Below are positions 51,619-60,624 of a stretch of DNA of 64,000 nt, in pieces. The notes under the pieces were generated by a model. That model worked only from the letters and a program-made list of their open reading frames with translations. It was not told the origin of the DNA and ran no database searches. How positions within the stretch are numbered: position 1 is the stretch's first letter; every line of letters begins with the position of its first letter. Location of the stretch: positions 57,830 to 121,829 of IMG/VR virus record IMGVR_UViG_2822641076_000001; one strand, 5' to 3'. Position numbers and translations under genes: made by a program. Source of the DNA: a virus. Lineage: Duplodnaviria > Heunggongvirae > Uroviricota > Caudoviricetes.

Positions 51619-52920
51619 ATGGAAAATGTAATTGAAATTCTAGAGCGAATCAAAGCGGACTCTAGTAGAACTGTTAAGGAAACAATCTTGAAGCAACATA
51701 AGGATAATGAGGAGTTACGATATGTATTGGACTTCCTTTACAATCCATATGTTATTACAGGATTAAGCAAAAAGAAGGTTAATAAGAAGTTAAGCACAGA
51801 ACGATTTCTAGAGTTGCCTACTGAGCATAAATTTGAAAATGGATTAGATGTACTTGAATATTTAAAAGCTCACAATAGCGGTCGTGATAGCGACATTGCT
51901 GTAGTTCAATATTTCTTAGGTACATTAATGATTCCAAGTGAAATTGTATTCTTCAAGGAGCTGTTCACGAAGTCATTCAAGAGCGGTATCACTGCAAAGA
52001 CTATTAATAAAGCATTTGGAGAGAAATTCATTCCTGAGTTCAATGTACAGCTAGCTAAAGCTTACTCAGATGAGGCACGCAAGTTAACTGGTGAATTTGC
52101 TGTTACAGAGAAATTAGATGGAAACCGAGTGGTATGTGTTAAGGAGAATGGAACGATTAAATTCTTCACACGACAAGGGCAACCAGTACTAGATTTAGTT
52201 GAAATTACAGCAGAGATTGCACTGCTACCCGAAGGTTTTGTGTATGATGGAGAACTACTTCTTAAAAATGAAGAGGGATTATCAAGCGATGACCTATTCC
52301 GAGCTACGCAAAAGGTTGTTAGAAAAGACGGAGAGAAACTTGGTTTAACGTTCCATATCTTTGATATCTTAACAGCAGGTGAGTTCCATGAGGGACGTTC
52401 AAAGGTAATTTACAAGAAGCGTCGTAAGAAACTAATGGAAATCTTCAAATCTACATTTGTGCAGTTTAAGCATCTAGAACTAGTTCCACTGCTTTATGTT
52501 GGCTCAGATAAAGAGATGATTGCTCATTACCTCGACCAAATGATTGCAGAAAACAAAGAAGGTGTCATGGTAAACCGAGTAGATGGAGTTTACGAATGTA
52601 AGCGTACAAGTAATCTATTGAAAGTTAAGAAGATGCACACAGTTGACCTTACAATTCTTCGTATAGAAGAAGGAGATGGTAAGAACAAGGGTAAGCTAGG
52701 TGCAATGGTTGTTGATTATAAAGGATTTGAAGTCGGTGTAGGCTCAGGATTTACAGATGCAGAGCGAGTAGATTTTTGGTTCAATCAAGAAGACTATATC
52801 GGGAAAATTGCAGAGGTTCAGTTCTTTGAGGAGAGTACAAATCAGGATGGTGGAATTTCATTACGATTCCCAGTGTTCCGCACGATTCGTACAGACAAAG
52901 ACGAGCCAAGTTATATTTGA
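51619..52920 (+). CDS. ATP-dependent DNA ligase (433 aa)
   Basis: Motif I TEKLDGNRV (KxDG), motif III FVYDGELL, and motifs IV/V EGVMVNRVDGVYECKRTSNLLKVKK. A C-terminal OB-like region follows. Confidence 0.85.
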   Translation: MENVIEILERIKADSSRTVKETILKQHKDNEELRYVLDFLYNPYVITGLSKKKVNKKLSTERFLELPTEHKFENGLDVLEYLKAHNSGRDSDIAVVQYFLGTLMIPSEIVFFKELFTKSFKSGITAKTINKAFGEKFIPEFNVQLAKAYSDEARKLTGEFAVTEKLDGNRVVCVKENGTIKFFTRQGQPVLDLVEITAEIALLPEGFVYDGELLLKNEEGLSSDDLFRATQKVVRKDGEKLGLTFHIFDILTAGEFHEGRSKVIYKKRRKKLMEIFKSTFVQFKHLELVPLLYVGSDKEMIAHYLDQMIAENKEGVMVNRVDGVYECKRTSNLLKVKKMHTVDLTILRIEEGDGKNKGKLGAMVVDYKGFEVGVGSGFTDAERVDFWFNQEDYIGKIAEVQFFEESTNQDGGISLRFPVFRTIRTDKDEPSYI

Positions 52921-52941
52921 ACAAGTGTAAAAAATAATGAA
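52921..52941 (+). promoter_or_regulatory. canonical motif copy starting right after the ligase stop codon
   Basis: Exact 21-mer. Confidence 0.5.
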
Positions 52942-52959
52942 TTAAGGGAGAGGGAAACA

Positions 52960-53298
52960 ATGCGAGTATTAGAACCACAAACACAACAAGAAGAGTCATT
53001 TCCACGAATTGAACTAGGAGACATGTTAGTAACAAACAAAGACACATATCTTTGTATTGAGACAACAGGACTTTTCCGCTTTCATTCTATGTCAGGAAAG
53101 GGCGCTTATAACGGTGCTTACAAGTCATTAGAGAATTTAACACAGTCTGTCAAAGTAAATATTCTTCGTGGAGCGCAGAAGCTTTACCGTGCAAGCGAAT
53201 ATGATATGCAACTTATTCCACGACCAAAGCAATTCAATGGAGTGGTTGGAGTAGTAACAGTGAAGCAAGTACAAGAAGCAGGCGATTTGTGGGATTAA
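52960..53298 (+). CDS. hypothetical protein (112 aa)
   Basis: AAGGGAGAGGG SD. Confidence 0.5.
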   Translation: MRVLEPQTQQEESFPRIELGDMLVTNKDTYLCIETTGLFRFHSMSGKGAYNGAYKSLENLTQSVKVNILRGAQKLYRASEYDMQLIPRPKQFNGVVGVVTVKQVQEAGDLWD

Positions 53299-53329
53299 TT
53301 CTCACAAATCAATTACAGGAGGGGAAACA

Positions 53330-53569
53330 ATGACATACACATTAGTAAACTTTAAATCAAATAACAACTCAAGCAATTGGCAACAAGATTATATTGGACA
53401 GAAATTCACTGTACAAGGAGCAGAAATTGGACTATATGGAGTCTTTGCATTGGTGGATGGTAGCGGATATCTTCGTACTTCTATGGTTGTGGACGTAGCA
53501 AGAAATCAAGAAGGTGGAATGATTGTGGCTACACGTAATTCTACATATGAATTTGAGGCTGTGAAGTAA
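53330..53569 (+). CDS. hypothetical protein (79 aa)
   Basis: CAGGAGGGG SD. Confidence 0.5.
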   Translation: MTYTLVNFKSNNNSSNWQQDYIGQKFTVQGAEIGLYGVFALVDGSGYLRTSMVVDVARNQEGGMIVATRNSTYEFEAVK

Positions 53570-53862
53570 TGAAATTCTTATTAGAAGACTTGCAAGATAC
53601 AGTTCTAAGTGGATGGAGTCATGGTGCGAGTGATTTATATGAAATTGAATCACCTAAATGGACTCAAGGTGAACACGATAGCCATCAAGAGCGAACAGTA
53701 ATCTTTATGCATGGTGGTAAGCATTATGCATGTAAAGGAAAGCGTATTGAGCGTTCTTACGGATGGGAAGAGCAATATGTAACCGATTCAGATGGATACA
53801 TTGAATGTGAGGAAGTAGAGAAAGTTGAAGTAGTATCTCATATATGGAAGGCTGTGAAATAA
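53569..53862 (+). CDS. hypothetical protein (97 aa)
   Basis: Overlapping start. Confidence 0.45.
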   Translation: MKFLLEDLQDTVLSGWSHGASDLYEIESPKWTQGEHDSHQERTVIFMHGGKHYACKGKRIERSYGWEEQYVTDSDGYIECEEVEKVEVVSHIWKAVK

Positions 53863-54227
53863 TGGTTAGAAAAGGCGAAGAGTTAATCCATGCTGTATTC
53901 GGTCGTGCCGTATTTGAAGGAGAATTTGGTGGAGATATTCAATCTCTTCTTGAGTGTCACGAGGATGTCGAATATCACCAAGAAACGGATTCGGTTGACG
54001 AATGGTATGAACACGGTCGCTATGTAATCGAGTATAAAGGACGAAAGTTTGAAATGGATTACCGTGACCATACATCGGACAATGTTTGTGATTTTACGCT
54101 AAACGTTGACTCATTCCGTGAGAAGGAAGCAGATGATACAGAGCTTCTAGAACATGCTTTAAGATTATTAGATATGACAAAAGAGGAAATTAAAGTTTCA
54201 CTATTTAATCGAACGATTTCAGAGTGA
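53862..54227 (+). CDS. hypothetical acidic protein (121 aa; the track starts at 53844)
   Basis: The ATG at 53862 gives a TAATG overlap with the previous stop. Confidence 0.4.
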   Translation: MVRKGEELIHAVFGRAVFEGEFGGDIQSLLECHEDVEYHQETDSVDEWYEHGRYVIEYKGRKFEMDYRDHTSDNVCDFTLNVDSFREKEADDTELLEHALRLLDMTKEEIKVSLFNRTISE

Positions 54228-54234
54228 TAGTTTG

Positions 54235-54262
54235 AAGGCAGTGATTAATTTTACTGCCTTTT
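54235..54262 (+). terminator. terminator-like hairpin (aaggcagt/actgcctt) with a short T-tail
   Basis: 8-bp stem and 10-nt loop. The tail is only ttt(t)a. Confidence 0.45.
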
Positions 54263-54291
54263 AGCATGATTAATAATGAATCAAACACTTT

Positions 54292-54314
54292 ACAAGTGTA
54301 ATAAATAATGATAA
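54292..54314 (+). promoter_or_regulatory. motif variant (ACAAGTGTAAtAAATAATGAtaa)
   Basis: 22 bp before the thymidine kinase start. Confidence 0.45.
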
Positions 54315-54335
54315 TATAATGAGGAGAGATTTAGA

Positions 54336-54917
54336 ATGGCTGAATTGCAGTATATTCACACAACAATGAACGGTCGAAAATCAGCAGAGCTTATCATGCG
54401 AGTTTTCAGCTTACAAGGACAACAGAAAGAGGTTCTTGTATTCAAGCCAAAGTTAGATACACGAGATGGAGATGCAGTTAAATCACGAGCATTGGACACT
54501 GAAATTCCTGCAACATTAGTTGGTGGAGAAGAAAAAGGCAAGATGTTTGAATTAGCGAAGAAGCATCGTCCGCTTTACATCTTTGTTGATGAAGCTCAGT
54601 TCTTAACAACAGAGCAAGTACTAGAATTAGTAAGCATTGTTGATGAATTGAAGATTGATGTGTACAGTTATGGACTGCTAGTTGATTTCAGAGGAGTTCT
54701 ATTTGAAGGCTCTAAAGCATTAATTGAGAATGCTGATACAATCTCCGATATGCCTAACGTGTGCATCTATTGTACAAATAAAGCAATCCGCAACATGCGA
54801 TTACTTAATAGTAGACCAGTGTTCCACGGAGAAGTGGTTCAAGTCGGTTTCGAAGAGAGTTATCGTAGCATTTGTCGTGAATGCTATAACTCTTTCCAAG
54901 CTACCTCTCAAATGTAA
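54336..54917 (+). CDS. tdk: thymidine kinase with atypical P-loop and C-terminal zinc ribbon (193 aa)
   Basis: TK framework: LVFKPKLDTRDG, FVDEAQFL, GLLVDFRG and CxxC...CRECYNSF. The P-loop reads TTMNGRKSAELI where TK has GPMFSGKSTELI. Confidence 0.65.
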   Translation: MAELQYIHTTMNGRKSAELIMRVFSLQGQQKEVLVFKPKLDTRDGDAVKSRALDTEIPATLVGGEEKGKMFELAKKHRPLYIFVDEAQFLTTEQVLELVSIVDELKIDVYSYGLLVDFRGVLFEGSKALIENADTISDMPNVCIYCTNKAIRNMRLLNSRPVFHGEVVQVGFEESYRSICRECYNSFQATSQM

Positions 54918-54928
54918 AAAATAATGAA
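54909..54928 (+). promoter_or_regulatory. motif copy whose TAA (54915-54917) is the stop codon of the thymidine kinase gene
   Basis: caaATGTAAAAAATAATGAA. Confidence 0.45.
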
Positions 54929-54945
54929 ACTAGAGGTGTTTAAAA

Positions 54946-55143
54946 ATGTTAAAGTTTCAAAAAGGTGATAAGGTAAATTTAATCGGTGATACTTTTAAGA
55001 TTCCTTATGAAATTGAAAGTATCACGATTAAAGGCGAGGCAACATTTTATTTGAAATCTACTCAAAAGCATTCATTTGCTAACGGGCTATTTGATTATAT
55101 TAGGATTACTGCTTTATCGGGAGAGATTAGTCACGCCTCTTAA
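54946..55143 (+). CDS. hypothetical protein (65 aa)
   Basis: AGAGGTG SD. Confidence 0.5.
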   Translation: MLKFQKGDKVNLIGDTFKIPYEIESITIKGEATFYLKSTQKHSFANGLFDYIRITALSGEISHAS

Positions 55144-55174
55144 TCACCTACACAAGTAGGAGAGGTTAACAGCA

Positions 55175-55378
55175 ATGATTACAAAGCAACAATATGAGGA
55201 ATTACGTGGTTTAAAAGGATATTCAATTAAGAATATTCTTAAAGACCCAAATATAAATATTAGCAAAGAAGAATTACGATACTTGAGATGCATGTGGTAT
55301 GGAGATTTAAGCAGAGACCCGTTCTTTGTTCCGTATTACATGCGACAGGTCGTTAGTTACGTTGCTAAACAAGTGTAA
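55175..55378 (+). CDS. hypothetical protein (67 aa)
   Basis: AGGAGAGG SD. Its stop codon lies inside the next motif copy. Confidence 0.5.
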   Translation: MITKQQYEELRGLKGYSIKNILKDPNINISKEELRYLRCMWYGDLSRDPFFVPYYMRQVVSYVAKQV

Positions 55379-55389
55379 AAAATAATGAA
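55369..55389 (+). promoter_or_regulatory. canonical motif copy ending 3 nt before the GTG/ATG start of the DNA polymerase gene
   Basis: Exact 21-mer. Contains the TAA stop of 55175..55378. Confidence 0.5.
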
Positions 55390-55392
55390 AGA

Positions 55393-58300
55393 GTGATGCT
55401 AGTGAGACTTGTGGAACATAGAAATGTCCTTACAAATTTCGATATTAGATATGAGAACTGGCACAAACACACTCACTACAGCAACATCTTTACGGTTGAT
55501 TGTATTATCAAGCCCGAAGATATTGCTAAGCGTGCAGTGGAGCTAGGACACAAAACACTATCTACTGTTGAACATGGATATGCAGGAAATATTTTTGAGT
55601 ACTATGATGTAGCTAAGAAATACGGATTAAAATACATCTTTGGAATCGAGTTCTATTACGTTAAGAACCGCTTCGAGAAAGATAAAACGAATACCCATCT
55701 ATTAGTTATGGCTCGTAATGAACGAGGTATGAAGCAGTTGATAAGTATTATGTCAGAAGCAAATAAGACAGGCTATTACTACAAGCCACGTATTGATGAG
55801 GAGTTATTATTCTCATTGAATCCGAAAGATGTAGTTGTCACGTCAACATGTGTGGCGAGTCCAGTTAATAAGTACGACAGTGAATATGCTGACTGTTTCA
55901 TTTGCAAATGTCATAAGTACTTCGGTGATAATTTCTATCTGGAGATTCAACCTCACGTTCACCCAGTACAGAAAGCATATAACCAAAAGATTCTAGCATT
56001 CCACGAGAAATATAATATCCCATTAGTTCATGCTAATGATACACATTATATCTATCCCGAAGATGCTCAGTATCGTGATTTACTCCTACAGGGTAAAGGA
56101 ATCTTCTATGATGATGAAGATGGATTCATTTTAGATTATCCAAGCTCAGAGACGTTGTATGAGCGTTATGATGCACAAGGTGTATTCACACAGGAACAAG
56201 TCACACAAGCATTGCAGAATACATGTATTGTAGATGACTTTGAAGAGATTGTACTGAATAAGGACATTAAGATGCCTACGATTTACCCTCACTTATCACA
56301 TAAGGAGAAGGTAAATAAGCTCAAGAAGATTGTTCAGAAAGAGTGGAATAAGGATAAGCAACACATCCCAGTTAGTCGTCATGCAGAATACATTGAAGCG
56401 ATTAAGTTTGAGATGGATATCATTGAAACTACGAAAATGGAAGATTACTTCCTACTGAACTATAAAGGAATCAAACGAGCAAAAGAAAAAGGTGGAGTCT
56501 TAACACGTACAGGTCGTGGTTCTGCTCCAAGTTTCTACATAAATAAGTTGCTTGGATTCACAGAGATTGATAGAGTGGATGCCCCTGTTACATTGTATCC
56601 AACACGATTCATGTCTAAATCACGTATTCTTGAGACGAAATCTTTGCCCGATGTGGATTTCAATACTGCTGACGCAACACCATTCGCAGAGGCATGTAGA
56701 GAATTTCTTGGAGAAGATAATGTTTATTACATGACTGCATTCGGAACAATGAAGCGTCCATCTGCATTCCGTAACTTATGTCGTTCAAGAGGAATGAAAA
56801 TGAGTGAATACAACGATGTAGCGAAGAATCTTGAGGACTACGAGAATCATCCACAATGGAGGAGCTTAATTGAAGAAGCTAACCGATTCGTTGGAGTAAT
56901 TGACTCTGTATCACCTCATCCATGTGCATTCTTGTTACTAGATAAGCCAATTTCAGAAGAGGTTGGAGTTATCAAAGTTGGAGATGAGATGTGTGCAGTC
57001 ATAGATTCATACACGTCAGATGTATGGAAATTTCTTAAAAATGATTTTCTTGTAGTTACGGTTTGGCGGATTATTGCAGAAACATTTGAATTAATTGGTG
57101 CGCCAATTCCCGATATCCGTGAACTAACTAAATTAGTAGAAAATAACCCCAAAGTATGGGAGTTATATGAGCAAGGATTAACCGCCACACTGAACCAAGC
57201 AGGAACAGATAGTGGAACACCTCAAGTTAAGCGATATATGCCGAAGAGTATCCGAGAATTATCTGCATGGGTATCAGCGATTCGACCATCGTTTGCATCT
57301 ATGAAAGATGTGTTCTTAAATCGACAGCCGTTCTCATATGGGATACCTGCTTTTGATGAAATCCTTAAAGAGAGTGATAACTTTGTACTCTATCAGGAGA
57401 ACATCATGTCAGCACTGGTATTCGCAGGCTTTAGTGAGGACGTCACCTATGGACTCCTAAAAGCCATTTCCAAGAAGGTAGAAGGCGTAATTGAGCCTAT
57501 CCATGACAAGTTCATCAATGGATTCGTTGAGAAAACAGGTAGCCATGAACAAGCTCTAAAGGTGTGGAAAATCATTGAGGATGCAGTTGGATATGGATTT
57601 AATGCATCACATGCCTTATCAGTAGCACTAGACTCAATCTATGGAGCTTACTTGAAAGCAGAATATCCGCTTGAATATTACACGGTTGTACTGAATCTAT
57701 ATCAAGATAATACAGAGATGACAGCTAAGATTATGAAAGAGCTTGACTGTTTTGGAATCAAGGTTGCACCGATTCATTTCGGTAAGTCTTTAAGTTCTTA
57801 TTCACCTGATAAGGATACGAACACAATCTATAAAGGATTAAAATCTATTAAATACTTGAATGAGCGAGTTGCAAATGAATTATATGACATCGCTCACCAA
57901 GAAGATACAAAGACTATTCTAGTAGGCGATGAGGTATTAACAGTTGATGAGCCAATTCTAAAGCTATTCATCGACATCATGGAGAGAACATCTGTTAACT
58001 CAAAACAGCTCAACATCCTGATTCGATTGAACTTCTTTAGTGATTATGGAACACCTGAAGAGTTATTAAAGATTGCGGAATTAATCCATAAAGGAAAGAA
58101 CCGATACAGCAAGACTCACAAGGCTAATACGAAGATGAAACGTATTGGATTGCTAACCGAAGAGATTCAAATCATTAAATCTCAAGAGTTACCACCTTTA
58201 GATTTATTCGAACAGATTAGTTTTGAGAAAGAGTACTTAGGATACTCAACATTTAAGAAGCCGAATGTGAAGCCTTCATTCTATGTTGTAGTAGAGGTTA

Positions 58301-58542
58301 ATACGAAATACACACCAGTTATTACTTTATACCAAGTGAAAACTGGACAAGAAGTACCTATGAAGATGAAGAAGGTTCACTACTTCGATTCTATGGGTAA
58401 TCCTGCTCTAGAAGTAGGAGATACTATTAAACTTTTAGACACAGAGATGCGTCAGAAGAGCCGTAAAGTAGATGGCAAATGGGTGAAGATTGATGAGTAC
58501 GACTCATACATCACTCACTGTAAGAAACTTGTAAGGGATTAA
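55393..58542 (+). CDS. dnaE: DNA polymerase III alpha subunit (DnaE-like, PHP + polymerase core; 1049 aa)
   Basis: N-terminal PHP motifs (HTHYSNIFTVDC, STVEHGYAG). Polymerase-core signatures LPDVDFNTAD and YGFNASHALSVAL (compare DnaE PDxDxDF and YGFNKSHA). The size fits. Confidence 0.85.
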   Translation: MMLVRLVEHRNVLTNFDIRYENWHKHTHYSNIFTVDCIIKPEDIAKRAVELGHKTLSTVEHGYAGNIFEYYDVAKKYGLKYIFGIEFYYVKNRFEKDKTNTHLLVMARNERGMKQLISIMSEANKTGYYYKPRIDEELLFSLNPKDVVVTSTCVASPVNKYDSEYADCFICKCHKYFGDNFYLEIQPHVHPVQKAYNQKILAFHEKYNIPLVHANDTHYIYPEDAQYRDLLLQGKGIFYDDEDGFILDYPSSETLYERYDAQGVFTQEQVTQALQNTCIVDDFEEIVLNKDIKMPTIYPHLSHKEKVNKLKKIVQKEWNKDKQHIPVSRHAEYIEAIKFEMDIIETTKMEDYFLLNYKGIKRAKEKGGVLTRTGRGSAPSFYINKLLGFTEIDRVDAPVTLYPTRFMSKSRILETKSLPDVDFNTADATPFAEACREFLGEDNVYYMTAFGTMKRPSAFRNLCRSRGMKMSEYNDVAKNLEDYENHPQWRSLIEEANRFVGVIDSVSPHPCAFLLLDKPISEEVGVIKVGDEMCAVIDSYTSDVWKFLKNDFLVVTVWRIIAETFELIGAPIPDIRELTKLVENNPKVWELYEQGLTATLNQAGTDSGTPQVKRYMPKSIRELSAWVSAIRPSFASMKDVFLNRQPFSYGIPAFDEILKESDNFVLYQENIMSALVFAGFSEDVTYGLLKAISKKVEGVIEPIHDKFINGFVEKTGSHEQALKVWKIIEDAVGYGFNASHALSVALDSIYGAYLKAEYPLEYYTVVLNLYQDNTEMTAKIMKELDCFGIKVAPIHFGKSLSSYSPDKDTNTIYKGLKSIKYLNERVANELYDIAHQEDTKTILVGDEVLTVDEPILKLFIDIMERTSVNSKQLNILIRLNFFSDYGTPEELLKIAELIHKGKNRYSKTHKANTKMKRIGLLTEEIQIIKSQELPPLDLFEQISFEKEYLGYSTFKKPNVKPSFYVVVEVNTKYTPVITLYQVKTGQEVPMKMKKVHYFDSMGNPALEVGDTIKLLDTEMRQKSRKVDGKWVKIDEYDSYITHCKKLVRD

Positions 58543-58558
58543 TCTAATTCCTTACAAG
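58528..58558 (+). other. 9-bp inverted repeat (cttgtaagg ... ccttacaag) spanning the polymerase stop and the 5' edge of the next motif copy
   Basis: Perfect stem with a 13-nt loop. Confidence 0.4.
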
Positions 58559-58574
58559 TGTAAAAAATAATGAA
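58554..58574 (+). promoter_or_regulatory. canonical motif copy
   Basis: Exact 21-mer, 17 bp before the 58592 start. Confidence 0.5.
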
Positions 58575-58591
58575 TTGAAAGGAAGAGATTT

Positions 58592-59026
58592 ATGGGAGTA
58601 GATTATTATGTTTGTAAGAGTTGCGAGGACACATTCTCTGATTGCGGATACTTTGTAAGTTGTATTTGCGGATATCGTTGGTGTTGTGACGAATGTGCAG
58701 AGAATGATGGAGTTGTAGCCGAGTTTGATGAGAAGACTGGGGAGAAGCTTGATGAAAGTGAGACTTGTAAATTCTGTAGAAATGAAGATTTCACTGACTG
58801 GGAACTGTTCAAGTTTGCACGAGCATTACTAGGCAAGAGTCGTGAGGAGGTAGTCGAGCTTTATAAAGAGATGGGTAAAACTGAGCCTAAGACAGTAACC
58901 ATCTCAAAAGGAGAATATGAAGGATTACTAGAGAGCCAACACTTCTTAAATTGTCTAGAAGCAATGGGAGTAGACAATTGGGGCGGTTATGGTGATGCTT
59001 GCGAGATGTCTGAAAGGGAGGAATAA
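58592..59026 (+). CDS. Cys-rich hypothetical protein (144 aa)
   Basis: GGAAGAG SD. Many CxxC pairs (CKSCED...CICGYRWCCDECAEND...CKFC). Confidence 0.5.
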   Translation: MGVDYYVCKSCEDTFSDCGYFVSCICGYRWCCDECAENDGVVAEFDEKTGEKLDESETCKFCRNEDFTDWELFKFARALLGKSREEVVELYKEMGKTEPKTVTISKGEYEGLLESQHFLNCLEAMGVDNWGGYGDACEMSEREE

Positions 59027-59029
59027 GTA

Positions 59030-59329
59030 ATGAGTGAGACTCATAACTTAGAAGATTATAAGAATGATATCCTTCTCTTTGCTAAAGAGTTATGTGGTGC
59101 AGAAGTGAAAGGTTATCAGAAAGATATTTTACGAGGATTCATGATTAATAAAGCAAGTGAGAGTAAGAGCCTTGTATTATTCCCTAATTTAAAAGCCCCT
59201 AATAAACGGTATGAGGATGTTCTATGCATCATTGTATTCTATGGATATTTTATGAAATGCTATGATGAGTATGTGAAGGATATGAATCTATTTAAAAAAC
59301 AAGTAGAAGATGAGTTATATAAACTCTAA
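59030..59329 (+). CDS. hypothetical protein (99 aa)
   Basis: GGGAGGAA SD. Confidence 0.5.
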   Translation: MSETHNLEDYKNDILLFAKELCGAEVKGYQKDILRGFMINKASESKSLVLFPNLKAPNKRYEDVLCIIVFYGYFMKCYDEYVKDMNLFKKQVEDELYKL

Positions 59330-59525
59330 TCATTACGATGACTACAAGACAGATACGCCCGATAATGCATTGAGGCGTTTTTGTCGTTGTGCTTCATGCG
59401 ATGAAGACATCAGTTATGGTGAGTACTGCATCCTCGTGTTGGACGAGGCATACGTGCATGAGGACTGTCTCATGGATTATTTAAAAGGGGAATTTTATTT
59501 AAGATATCTATATGCAGGAGAGTGA
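59310..59525 (+). CDS. Cys-rich hypothetical protein (71 aa)
   Basis: Track ORF overlapping the previous gene. CRCASCDED...CILV...HEDC. Confidence 0.4.
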   Translation: MSYINSNHYDDYKTDTPDNALRRFCRCASCDEDISYGEYCILVLDEAYVHEDCLMDYLKGEFYLRYLYAGE

Positions 59526-59560
59526 GATAAGCCTAGTGTTTATCTCACTTTTTTTGTTTT
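59521..59560 (+). terminator. rho-independent terminator (agtgagataa/ttatctcact, then ttttttg)
   Basis: Perfect 10-bp stem, 9-nt loop and T6. The 5' arm overlaps the stop codon. Confidence 0.8.
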
Positions 59561-59580
59561 AAAAACTTTCAACTAAAGCA

Positions 59581-59613
59581 TTGACAGTTGATACAAGTGT
59601 AATATATAATGAA
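59581..59613 (+). promoter_or_regulatory. composite element: sigma-A -35 box TTGACA (59581-59586) 18 bp from TATAAT (59605-59610), the -10 lying inside a motif variant ACAAGTGTAAtAtATAATGAA (59593-59613)
   Basis: The motif's AATAAT is replaced by a perfect TATAAT with a proper -35 box upstream. Confidence 0.45.
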
Positions 59614-59666
59614 TATATCAGATGAGGGAAGGGGAGCGAAATGCTTAATTCTCTCAGAAGATGTTG

Positions 59667-59689
59667 ACAAGTGTAAAAATTAATGATAA
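59667..59689 (+). promoter_or_regulatory. motif variant (ACAAGTGTAAAAAtTAATGAtaa) preceded by TTGACA
   Basis: Second of three copies in the 200-bp gap 59560-59755. Confidence 0.4.
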
Positions 59690-59730
59690 TATAAAGGAGT
59701 TCACAAGCGAGTGGACTTTGAAATTTACTT

Positions 59731-59752
59731 ACAAGTGTAAAAAATAATAAAA
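59731..59752 (+). promoter_or_regulatory. motif copy (ACAAGTGTAAAAAATAATaaaa)
   Basis: Third copy, 3 bp before the SD of the 59755 gene. Confidence 0.45.
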
Positions 59753-59754
59753 GG

Positions 59755-60042
59755 ATGTATGAAATGGCGACCAACCATAAGGATAAAGACCAACCTTTTA
59801 GAATCACCGTCACTGGTGGAGATAAGCTTGAGTGTGTTAAACGTGTTATTGAGCTAGAAGGAAGAGGATATGAATGCATTAGACCAATCTTCGAAGTAGC
59901 CAATAGCGGTAAGATATACAGTTTTAAAGAAGATGGACTCAAACCAACTAGACTCAAGATGAGGAGCGGAGAAGGTGCGATGTTCAATCAAAAATGGATT
60001 GCAGTGATGCAAAAAGTTGAAGAGGTAAGTGAGGCAAGCTAA
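59755..60042 (+). CDS. hypothetical protein (95 aa; alternative ATG at 59764)
   Basis: AAAGGA SD. Confidence 0.5.
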   Translation: MYEMATNHKDKDQPFRITVTGGDKLECVKRVIELEGRGYECIRPIFEVANSGKIYSFKEDGLKPTRLKMRSGEGAMFNQKWIAVMQKVEEVSEAS

Positions 60043-60185
60043 TGACTGAATGTGATGATTTGAAGCGGAAATTAATAGAAGCTCTAGAGAGTTTAGACAC
60101 AAATAACCCGTTTCACCAAATGACAATCGGTTCACTAGCAGATGCTTTTAAATTATATGGATTGATAGATAGAAAGGATGACTAA
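60042..60185 (+). CDS. small protein (47 aa)
   Basis: TAATG overlap. Below the track cutoff. Confidence 0.35.
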   Translation: MTECDDLKRKLIEALESLDTNNPFHQMTIGSLADAFKLYGLIDRKDD

Positions 60186-60624
60186 CACAATGGATGCATT
60201 AAGTATTTGCAATGAGACAGTAAATCATCAAGTAGCAACTGAGGTTCTTGGATGGGAATTTAATTCAGAAGAAGGTTGTTATTATGAGGTTACATGTGGA
60301 GCTAAGTCACGAGTTATGGAAAAGCATGACTGGAATCCTATGATGAATATGAGTCAAGCTTGGAAAGTTATCGAGCGCCTTACAGCAAACGGCTTTGATT
60401 ACAGTATGGCTAGTGTCACAGAGGAAATGGCTGAGTTTCTTGAACTCGAAATGGCACAAGTAGGAGATACAATCTGTCGCATATACAAAGACACGAACTC
60501 CTTCTTTGTCACTGATTTGCAGGAAATCATAGCAAAGACTCCAATGGAATCCATTTGTGTAATGGGAATCAAATTAGCAAAAGGAGAGTCTTCTTGTGAA
60601 ACCATATGTAGACAAGGCTCTTGA
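60178..60624 (+). CDS. hypothetical protein (148 aa; alternative ATG at 60190)
   Basis: Track ORF. Confidence 0.45.
   Translation: MTNTMDALSICNETVNHQVATEVLGWEFNSEEGCYYEVTCGAKSRVMEKHDWNPMMNMSQAWKVIERLTANGFDYSMASVTEEMAEFLELEMAQVGDTICRIYKDTNSFFVTDLQEIIAKTPMESICVMGIKLAKGESSCETICRQGS

Noticed and set aside
17236-56734. Short nested same-strand ORFs 17236..17451, 24169..24354, 35446..35643, 38161..38343, 54724..54924 and 56552..56734
   Set aside because: They are embedded in alternative frames of long, motif-supported genes (17172 gene, 24188 gene, nrdE, dut, tdk, dnaE) and lack SDs.
33729-58542. Inteins or self-splicing introns in nrdE, nrdF or the DNA polymerase, as occur in some Bacillus phages
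   Set aside because: All three ORFs are continuous with expected lengths (702, 324 and 1049 aa). Conserved motifs appear in the normal order with no inserted homing-endonuclease-like segment.
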